Below, one piece after another: positions 50,401 to 58,356 of a DNA stretch of 64,000 nucleotides. The position numbers and the translations under genes were made by a program. Below the pieces are notes generated by a model. It searched no databases. It saw nothing but the letters and a program-made list of their open reading frames with translations, and had not been told where the DNA came from. Positions within the stretch are counted from its first letter, which is position 1, and every line of letters begins with the position of its first letter. The stretch lies in the sequence record DRR723986_3483. One strand, given 5' to 3'.

Positions 50401-50705
50401 ACCGTGAGGGTAAATTTCCCATCAATATCAGTAGTCGTCCCAACTAAAGTCCCCTTAACAAGTACATTCACGCCCGGCATAGGGGTGCCGTCTTCGGAGA
50501 ATGTCACCGTACCTGTTACGGTTCTATCTTTGTCCTGCTCACCATGATTCTCCATGGAATACTTGTTTTCTTTAAGATCTGAAGCAAGAACAGGGGTAAA
50601 AACAAAGCATTGTAACCCCACTCCCATCAGAGTGGTGTTGATCAATACTCTGCAAAAACGCTTATATATCTTTTGCATATGTTTTAGGTTATTTTGGTTT
50701 ATCAT
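47448..50705 (-). CDS. susC: SusC/RagA TonB-dependent transporter
   Basis: [51 protein letters not shown].I, terminal Phe. Confidence 0.97.
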   Translation of the reverse strand: [1085 protein letters not shown]

Positions 50706-50777
50706 CGCCTCCTAGAGGCAGTAGTAGCAATTAACAATCCCGACTTTCCCAGGTTTTAGGAAAGACGGAAACCGAAG

Positions 50778-52223
50778 TCATTTCCCTAGCTCATACCGTG
50801 ATAAAACGGCATATTCTGCTGCAAACGCGAAGTTGAACATCCCCTCAGTCCTGTTATTATTGGGCGTTAAACTCCAGCCAACCAATAAATTGGTAGGTAG
50901 AAATCCTTCGTAAAGGAAGTTTTCATATCCGTAGTCAAGGTTTTTCTGAAAAGTAGTAATGTAATCAGCAGCAGCACCGTAGGCCGGCTCTACATCAACA
51001 TATCCGCGCATCAACACTCCATTGAACCAGTTGTTAAAACCGCTTATATCGTAGGAATACAAATCAGGTTTATTCTGTTCCAATTTTGCAAAATGATTAA
51101 AGCTGTCATCAGACAATTTCTGTGCATCCTGAAGATAAGCGCCATCTCCTGTCATTCTATACAAATCTGCTGCTCCGGACAACATAGTGCCAGTGTTATA
51201 AGAAATGGCAGGACCTACCCGATCCTGACAGTTGATTCCTTTGCGGTAAACTGTCCCGTCTATGCTTTCTGTTTGAGGATTTCCCGGAGAACATCCTCCT
51301 CTCATATCATCATAAACCCCATCTGAGCGCAGCAAATTATTCTGCTGCCAATCGTACACTTTCTTGGCAAAATCCGCATAATAATCGCTTTTCTTCACTG
51401 ACATGCTTTCTCGGGTCTTTAGGTCGTCAGCATTTATATATCGGTAAGTGATCTCGTCACTTTTATCCTTGTAAATTTCGTGCAACCAAACCAACGGGCT
51501 TACCATAGGGCCGTTGCTACAAGCATGCTTGGTGACGTATCCAGGGCCCCAAGGAATACCCCCACGCTCAGTTCCGTCCGGATTTCTCGTACTGTCCCAT
51601 CCGTCCAACACATAGGCAGTCAAATATTCAGCTTTCTCCAGGTAGGAATTTTCTCCTGTGATCTTATATGATTCAAGCAATTCACGGACAAGCCACATCT
51701 GGTCGTCATACACATTCTCTATACCTTCTACTTTAGCTGTTCCCTTGGCGTTACCACGATTCACTCCATACACTGACCATTCTTTAGTCTGGGTATAAGA
51801 CACCAACTCAAATGTGCCCTGATAGTAGTCCACATTGTCATACAATTGACTCAGAAGTTCTTTATACCGGGAAAAGTTATCGTCGTAAAGTTTGGGATTC
51901 CCCTTCTCCTTTTGCTCCTGAAGTCCATGGAGAATTGCATTCACTGCTTCAATGGCAGAGGAGTACATCCATACACTACCGATCTCATCGGACCTTACTC
52001 CTGTATAGGGATTGTAATACCTGGCCATGGCCATTCCTGAACCGGAAAAATGGGCTGAAACTGCTTTATCGGTAAGCTCCATTGCCCTAGTAAGATTTTG
52101 TTCTGAAAGGCTCACCTCCACAGGAGGGACCGTTGGGTCGGTGTCAGTTGAGTTTTTGGTGCAGGCTGTAAACAGCAGTACACAAAAACTCCAGATTGTG
52201 ATCATCATTCGATATTGTATCAT
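50778..52223 (-). CDS. GH76 family lipoprotein
   Basis: Lipobox FTAC, VYDDQMW (DD), GGIPW, KHACSNGP, SYNTG, WFNGVLMRG. Confidence 0.9.
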   Translation of the reverse strand: MIQYRMMITIWSFCVLLFTACTKNSTDTDPTVPPVEVSLSEQNLTRAMELTDKAVSAHFSGSGMAMARYYNPYTGVRSDEIGSVWMYSSAIEAVNAILHGLQEQKEKGNPKLYDDNFSRYKELLSQLYDNVDYYQGTFELVSYTQTKEWSVYGVNRGNAKGTAKVEGIENVYDDQMWLVRELLESYKITGENSYLEKAEYLTAYVLDGWDSTRNPDGTERGGIPWGPGYVTKHACSNGPMVSPLVWLHEIYKDKSDEITYRYINADDLKTRESMSVKKSDYYADFAKKVYDWQQNNLLRSDGVYDDMRGGCSPGNPQTESIDGTVYRKGINCQDRVGPAISYNTGTMLSGAADLYRMTGDGAYLQDAQKLSDDSFNHFAKLEQNKPDLYSYDISGFNNWFNGVLMRGYVDVEPAYGAAADYITTFQKNLDYGYENFLYEGFLPTNLLVGWSLTPNNNRTEGMFNFAFAAEYAVLSRYELGK

Positions 52224-52239
52224 GTTTAGGTTAATTGTA

Positions 52240-54051
52240 TTAGTTCAAATCAATTCTGTGGATTACCAATTTATTCTCACCCGAATTGGCTTCAGCGTTG
52301 TATACTCCAAGAGATAGGGTTACATCTTTACCGTTGAACTGAGCAAGGTCATACACAAAAGATGCGTATCCCTCCGGATTACCTGCACCTCCATCACCAT
52401 GCTTGAATTTCCAGCAACCATCCTCTGCCGCGCTTGCTTCATCAGCTGTATTGGATTGGGGATCCAAATGAGTGACAGTGCCGTCATCCTCTATAGCTGT
52501 GAGTTTGAAATAGGTGAAATTGTCGCTGAAATTGCGGGTATTCAAGGTCAATTGGTTGCTTCCAGCGCTGATTGAAAATTTAGAGTACAGGTAAGCCTCC
52601 GGCACCTTTGTATTTACATCGGGAGTATTTCTGGTTTTTATCAGATACCCTTCAGACGGAAAGACTTCAGGATCCTTTTTCAGCGGCACAAAGAACCATT
52701 CTGCTGCAACATGGTCAACTGCTCTCCATGCACGGTAAGCATCCACGTAGTTGTCACGATTGCCACTGACAGGACTAATTCCCGTGAAGGATTTTTTGGT
52801 ATGAGGCATGGTTGAGCGAACGGTTTCCTGAGTGAGTTTCCAACCTTCTACTACTTCAGTTCCAGGTAGCCAATCCCAGTTTTCCACTTTTCGATCTGCA
52901 AATCGCATGGCCCGAAGTACCAACTGCTTCCAATAATCACCTGTGGATTGTCTGTAGATACCCACTGCAACAATTACCTCTTTGCCTACATACTCACTTA
53001 AATCAAATTCTATGTCTCCATAGCTTCCAGAAGCATAGGTTCTATTCTCACCTATTTTCACCGCAGTAGGCTGGGATGCTGACAAATCCACTACCTGAAC
53101 TCCGAAGTATGCAGGGTTTGCGGCGTCAGCATTATGGGTACTGATTCTTAAGGATAAGATTTTATTGTCTTCTGTTATCAGCTTACTACCATAGACATAG
53201 GAGTCAAAAACATTCAAATCTGCAGGGTTGCTGCGCTCATCCTCACTGTTTCGTATTTGAAGTGTAGTCCCTTCATTTTGCTCCTGCCAAGCGCCACGGA
53301 AGTCAAGCACTGACATATAATTACATGCCCAGTCCCATCGTGGATAGGCATCTGCATTTCTTCCTCCACGATATTCATTATAATACCATTTCTCTGCTGT
53401 CAAAAGATCTGCATATGTCAATCCCCGTAGGATTTCACTGCTACCCATTATCACATCAAGATGGGCTATACCTTCAACAAAGTCTGCTTCAGTTACCGTT
53501 TTAACAACTGTTTCATAGTTAGCTTTGGTGAACGTGACTGTGTACTCATCAACGATCAGATTCTCAAGCGTAAAACCACCTTCGCTTCCGCTGGTTTGCG
53601 TACCTGCAACCCCAACGCTGACCGTCACACCTTCGAGTGGGGCGTCGCCATTTTTCCCATCTTTGATTGTCCCTGATATCTTTGCTGAGGCAAAAACCAA
53701 TGACACATCCGCGGTTGCGATTCTTTCACTGTTGTACTTATCAGGGTTCACAGTAAGGCTGACTGCTAGCCACCCTTCTTTGGAAAATTTCACCGCTCGT
53801 GTTTTCAGCGTGACATTTTCAAAAATATATTTTCCATCACTTCCAGTGGTGACAGAAACTTCTTCTTCGCTAATTGCTGCAAGCACTACACTTACATCTG
53901 CAATTGGCTGTCCTTCGCTATCTGTAACAGTACCTGTGATCGAGCCTCTCGGTTCAGCAATGGGCTCGTCCTCAGTGACACAAGAAATTGTGAATACGAA
54001 AAACGTACACAACAAGGCGAAGTAACTTATCGCTCGTAAATTTTTACTCAT
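52240..54051 (-). CDS. surface lipoprotein: two carboxypeptidase-regulatory-like Ig domains + two repeated jelly-roll domains (putative glycan-binding protein)
   Basis: Lipobox TISC; ITGTVTD..G.PI..V.V and ISGTIKD...PL.GVTV repeats; FDLSEYVGKEV / YDLAQFNGKDV internal repeat. Confidence 0.75.
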   Translation of the reverse strand: MSKNLRAISYFALLCTFFVFTISCVTEDEPIAEPRGSITGTVTDSEGQPIADVSVVLAAISEEEVSVTTGSDGKYIFENVTLKTRAVKFSKEGWLAVSLTVNPDKYNSERIATADVSLVFASAKISGTIKDGKNGDAPLEGVTVSVGVAGTQTSGSEGGFTLENLIVDEYTVTFTKANYETVVKTVTEADFVEGIAHLDVIMGSSEILRGLTYADLLTAEKWYYNEYRGGRNADAYPRWDWACNYMSVLDFRGAWQEQNEGTTLQIRNSEDERSNPADLNVFDSYVYGSKLITEDNKILSLRISTHNADAANPAYFGVQVVDLSASQPTAVKIGENRTYASGSYGDIEFDLSEYVGKEVIVAVGIYRQSTGDYWKQLVLRAMRFADRKVENWDWLPGTEVVEGWKLTQETVRSTMPHTKKSFTGISPVSGNRDNYVDAYRAWRAVDHVAAEWFFVPLKKDPEVFPSEGYLIKTRNTPDVNTKVPEAYLYSKFSISAGSNQLTLNTRNFSDNFTYFKLTAIEDDGTVTHLDPQSNTADEASAAEDGCWKFKHGDGGAGNPEGYASFVYDLAQFNGKDVTLSLGVYNAEANSGENKLVIHRIDLN

Positions 54052-54126
54052 CGTTTAGGAAATTATGGGTTAAATTGAATCACCAATCGATCAAAAATGC
54101 GTTTCACTTCAGCGATTGATACGGAT

Positions 54127-54198
54127 GAAAATAGAGGCGATCCGGTTAATTAATTGGTTAAATCAGGGTTAATACAAGTGGAAATTTTACTAATCCTG
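54127..54198 (-). promoter_or_regulatory. conserved operator/promoter, copy 1 (upstream of the GH76/susCD PUL)
   Basis: Plus strand GAAAATAG-N9-GGTTAA-N6-GGTTAA-N5-GGTTAA-N17-CTAATCCTG; same architecture as 57109-57180. Confidence 0.75.
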
Positions 54199-54519
54199 TA
54201 ATCAAAAGATGAAAAATTCGTTTGGATGACTACAAACACTTATGAAAAGAAGCGAATACGAACATTGGTTAACAACAGACTCACACTCTGTGGGATTGTA
54301 ATTTTCAAACCCTATACATTCCACCTATAAACAAGTCATCCTCAAATTAAATTGCTAATTAAAAAGTCACCTAGATCAGGGAAAAATGATTAAAAATAGC
54401 AATGCAATTGAACTTAGTTTCAATCAGGCAATCTATAAATTCATATAAAATACAAGAGGCAAAATCTTCACCTAAGGAGTATTAATATTCATACCATTGA
54501 ATTTCAAATCGACGTAGAT

Positions 54520-54554
54520 AAAAAAAATGCCTTCCAATTATTTCGGAAGGCATT
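54520..54554 (-). terminator. rho-independent terminator after the GMC operon
   Basis: AATGCCTTCC-N9-GGAAGGCATT stem with an A-tract on the left (U-tract on minus). Confidence 0.8.
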
Positions 54555-54572
54555 CTCAAGTTAAAACCCAAT

Positions 54573-55280
54573 CTATTTAATGATATTTCCATCCTCATCC
54601 CACTCCGCAATTGTTCCCCGATCCTCAGGTTTTAGATATATGGGGATGTATTTCTCCTGAAGTTCAAATCCATATTTTTCCATCACATGCTGTGGTACTC
54701 CATCCCAGACATTAGGCTGATTGCCTACATATCCTATGTATTTCCATCCTGCCTGAGTTGAAAAATATCCTGAGCAAACCAGATTTCTAAGCATATTAAA
54801 CCACTTTACAGCACCTTCATACTCAGGGGTAGCTTTATCTGGCCAAGCAACTAGTTCTACTATTTCAATAATCTGATCGTTGGATAACTCATTAAATGAT
54901 TTCCCGAATTTTTCATTTGCCTCAAAATCCAACCACATTAATCCACCTCTCATAGGTGTTTGATTTACTGGCTGGTCATTCATCATAAAGTCAATAAAAT
55001 CTGGCACTTCAAGTTCTGTGGCAGATGGAGATTCATTATCTGAAGGGCATATAATATCCGCAAGGACATTTATTTTCTTTCTTTCATCCTCTGTAAAAAA
55101 CTTTTCGGAAAGAAACTCTGCATCTCTACGTTTTTCCTCTTCTGTTCTAAAACCGGGAGTGCCTCCGCCTATTATTGGTTCATGGACAAGTTTTGTTTGT
55201 TCAGATTCGCAACCAGTCATGATCAAACCTGCACCCAGAGAGCCGGTAAAGAGCAGTTTAAGATTTTCTCTTCTGTTCAT
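54573..55280 (-). CDS. gluconate 2-dehydrogenase subunit 3 family (Tat-exported small subunit)
   Basis: MNRRENLK twin-Arg signal + lipobox-like MTGC; LADIICP, VPDFID, GYFS...G...IGY.GN. Confidence 0.9.
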   Translation of the reverse strand: MNRRENLKLLFTGSLGAGLIMTGCESEQTKLVHEPIIGGGTPGFRTEEEKRRDAEFLSEKFFTEDERKKINVLADIICPSDNESPSATELEVPDFIDFMMNDQPVNQTPMRGGLMWLDFEANEKFGKSFNELSNDQIIEIVELVAWPDKATPEYEGAVKWFNMLRNLVCSGYFSTQAGWKYIGYVGNQPNVWDGVPQHVMEKYGFELQEKYIPIYLKPEDRGTIAEWDEDGNIIK

Positions 55281-55283
55281 GGC

Positions 55284-57029
55284 CTATATGTTTTTTTGTT
55301 TTAACTGATCCACAATAAATTCTGAAGTTCTCCACGAAAGCGCCAGAATAGTCCAGGTAGGATTTTTGTCCGCCTGAGACACGAATGACCCAGCATCTAC
55401 TACAAAAAGGTTTTTACAGTCATGAGCCTGACAATTGGAATTTACTACTGATCCTTTAGGACTATTTCCCATCCGCGTAGTACCGACTTCATGAATGATT
55501 CTTCCTGGTGCATGTAGCCCATAGTTTGATTCAGGTCCTGGTTTGGAACCTAAAAGAAGCGCTCCCGCATTTGTAAGAATTTCCTCGAAAGTATCGTGCA
55601 TGTGCTTGGCTTGCTTCAGTTCCTGATCAGTCCAGTTGTAATTGAAGCGCAAGACCGGAATACCATATTTATCCACCGTTCCGTTAGGATCAATTTCACA
55701 GTAATTCTCATATCTAGGCACACTTTCTCCCCTACCAGACATTCCCAAGGTAGATCCATAGATCCTGCGAATATCCTTTTTCAGTCCTTCACCATATCCA
55801 CCATTTGAGCTTGGATTACCGAATTCGTCCTTCAGGTATTTTCTCATGGTGTCCATACCACCACCAGCGCCGTATGATGGCTGCCCCATACCACCCCAGT
55901 ATTCAATGTGATAGCCTCGGGCAAAATCCAGTTTTTTATTATCCAGCCACCATGGAGTATACATATGCATTCCTCCCACTCCGTCTTCGTTGTATCGTTC
56001 CCTTTCAAAAAGATCCGGCAGAATACCCATTCGATCTGCTCCTGTTGAATCATGAAGGTATCTTCCTAACGCTCCAGAGTCTCCACCGATGCCGTTTGGG
56101 TGAGTTTTGGACTTCGAATTCATCATGATTCGAGCAGACTCACAAGCAGATGCTCCCAGTACTACTACATTAGATTTGAGCTTGTACTCCTTCATATCGA
56201 TTTTACTCACAAAGGATACTCCAGTTGCCCTGCCAGTATCGTCTGTAGTAACTTTTCGCACCATGGAATAAGTAAATAGGTCCACTTTACCTTTCTTCAT
56301 GGCAGGATGTACCAAACAGGTACCTGCCGAGAAATCTGCATAGACCTGACAAGCTCTGTTACATTGTGCACAGAAGAAACAAGTACCTCTCTCCTTATTG
56401 ATCGGGCGGGTAAGCATGGAAAGCCTTCCAGGGATCATCGGCATCCCTGCTTTGTCTGCCCCCTTTTTCAGGAACATTTCGTGCAATCGTGGCTTGGGAG
56501 GTGGAAGAAAAAACCCATCCGGTTCGTTGTAAATTCCTTCTTTGGAACCAAATACTCCAATAAGCTTATCGACTTTATCATAGTATGGTTTCAGATCATC
56601 ATAGCCTATCGGCCAATCATCCCCTAATCCATCTATACTTGCTCTCTTAAAGTCATTTGGTCCAAATCGAAGAGAGATTCTACCCCAGTGATTGGTACGA
56701 CCCCCAACCATTCTTGATCGAAACCAATCAAATTTGGTCCCATCTTTATGCGTGTATGGTTCACCTTCTATATCCCAACCCCCAATTGCCTGATCGAAAT
56801 CACCGAATGGCCTGATTCGGGTACCAGCTCCTCTTCGCGGCGATTCCCATGGTGGCCTTAACTGAGTACGGTCTTCATCTTTTGCCGGATCGAAGTCACC
56901 TCCAGCTTCCACTACCGCCACAGAAAGGCCAGACTCCGACAGAATCTTAGAGGCCATACCTCCACCAGCTCCTGACCCCACTATGATGACATCATATGAA
57001 TCAGGAGTCTCTTTAATCTGATAACTCAT
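55284..57029 (-). CDS. GMC-family flavin oxidoreductase (glycoside 3-dehydrogenase-like large subunit)
   Basis: VGSGAGGG, GGRTNHWGR, C..C..C.R.C Fe-S motif, IHEVGTTRMG, KNPTWTILAL. Confidence 0.9.
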   Translation of the reverse strand: MSYQIKETPDSYDVIIVGSGAGGGMASKILSESGLSVAVVEAGGDFDPAKDEDRTQLRPPWESPRRGAGTRIRPFGDFDQAIGGWDIEGEPYTHKDGTKFDWFRSRMVGGRTNHWGRISLRFGPNDFKRASIDGLGDDWPIGYDDLKPYYDKVDKLIGVFGSKEGIYNEPDGFFLPPPKPRLHEMFLKKGADKAGMPMIPGRLSMLTRPINKERGTCFFCAQCNRACQVYADFSAGTCLVHPAMKKGKVDLFTYSMVRKVTTDDTGRATGVSFVSKIDMKEYKLKSNVVVLGASACESARIMMNSKSKTHPNGIGGDSGALGRYLHDSTGADRMGILPDLFERERYNEDGVGGMHMYTPWWLDNKKLDFARGYHIEYWGGMGQPSYGAGGGMDTMRKYLKDEFGNPSSNGGYGEGLKKDIRRIYGSTLGMSGRGESVPRYENYCEIDPNGTVDKYGIPVLRFNYNWTDQELKQAKHMHDTFEEILTNAGALLLGSKPGPESNYGLHAPGRIIHEVGTTRMGNSPKGSVVNSNCQAHDCKNLFVVDAGSFVSQADKNPTWTILALSWRTSEFIVDQLKQKNI

Positions 57030-57108
57030 TAACTATTATTTAGGGTTTAAAAACTTCATTTCAAATCATCGGCATCTTCCCTCTATCCACAACTATTGAT
57101 CTGTTTGG

Positions 57109-57180
57109 GAAAATAGTGTCCGTAAGGTTAATCCTAAGGTTAATTTGCGGTTAAAACCTGATATAAATCCTCTAATCCTG
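57109..57180 (-). promoter_or_regulatory. conserved operator/promoter, copy 2 (upstream of the GMC dehydrogenase)
   Basis: Plus strand GAAAATAG-N9-GGTTAA-N6-GGTTAA-N5-GGTTAA-N17-CTAATCCTG; ungapped match to 54127-54198. Confidence 0.75.
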
Positions 57181-57291
57181 AGTTTAAACCTCACTGAATA
57201 CGATTAATGCCATGGATGATAACTCAGAACTTAATATGCTGATGTATTAATACCACCTAGAATAATCTGCATTAGCTTAATAACTGAAAAC

Positions 57292-58152
57292 TCACTTTAT
57301 CGTCAGTTTTTTAAACTCCCGGGTCAAATTCGTCAGCGACTCCTCCACTCCCATTCTTTCCAAAGAGGAAGCACCAACAAATCCGTGGACATCTGCTTTT
57401 TCCAAAACTTCACGAACGTCTTCTGGTGTGTTGATCGGGCCGCCGTGTGCCAAAAAGAATAAATCAGGATTTACCGCTTTGGCTGCAGCAACGATTTCAT
57501 TTGTCCTCGCAACAGCCTCATCCATGCTACAGCTGGCACCAGTCACACCAATGGATCCTCCCACAGTTGTTCCCACATGAGAGATAATTGCATCGGCGCC
57601 AGCTTCGGCCATCTGTCTTGCATCCTCAGGTGAAGCCACATATACGATAGAAAACAGATCCATTTTATTGGCTATTCTTACCATTTCTACTTCTTTATCG
57701 AAGCCCATTCCGGTTTCTTCCAAAACCTGACGGAAATGCCCGTCCACAATAGAATGAGTCGGAAAATTATTGATTCCTGAGAAACCCATTTCTTTCACTT
57801 TCAGCAGATGATGCCACATGCGTCTTCTCGGATCAGAACCATGAACACCACAGATCACCGGAATCTCTTCCACTACAGGCAAAACTTCAAACTCACCGAT
57901 TTCCATGGCCACGGCATTAGCATCACCATAGGCCATTAATCCGGCAGTTGAGCCGTGTCCTGACATACGGAATCTACCGGAGTTGTAGATAATAAGCAGA
58001 TCAGCCCCACCTTTTTCTATGAATTTGGCGGAAATACCGGTACCTGCTCCCGCTGCGATGATGGCTTTTTTCTGAGCTAAAGTTTCTTTAAGTCTATCTC
58101 TTACTTCCTGTCTGGTGTAGGGATTTCCCTTTCCTGTCCATGGATTTGGCAT
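57292..58152 (-). CDS. TIM-barrel 'phosphoenolpyruvate hydrolase-like' protein (Tm-1 C-terminal/TBST family)
   Basis: GAGTGISAKF, IYNSGRFRM.G.GS.AGL.AYGDAN, NFPT, LEETGMG, HGGPI, GASSLER; likely start MPNPW at 58152. Confidence 0.9.
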   Translation of the reverse strand: MPNPWTGKGNPYTRQEVRDRLKETLAQKKAIIAAGAGTGISAKFIEKGGADLLIIYNSGRFRMSGHGSTAGLMAYGDANAVAMEIGEFEVLPVVEEIPVICGVHGSDPRRRMWHHLLKVKEMGFSGINNFPTHSIVDGHFRQVLEETGMGFDKEVEMVRIANKMDLFSIVYVASPEDARQMAEAGADAIISHVGTTVGGSIGVTGASCSMDEAVARTNEIVAAAKAVNPDLFFLAHGGPINTPEDVREVLEKADVHGFVGASSLERMGVEESLTNLTREFKKLTIK

Positions 58153-58356
58153 ATTTTCTATTTTTATGGTTTGTCTTTTTGAATAACCGCGGAGCACACA
58201 GAGTTTTCCGCAGAGGACGCAATTTGCCAGTATTTTCTTGCTGAACTTCAGCCCCGGTTTGTATGGATATAGACCGTGATGTCCGAGGTTGTCCTGCTTC
58301 TCCAGAAGCAGTAAATGTTACTGACTTTTATTCTCTTAATCTCCGATCTCTCTTCT

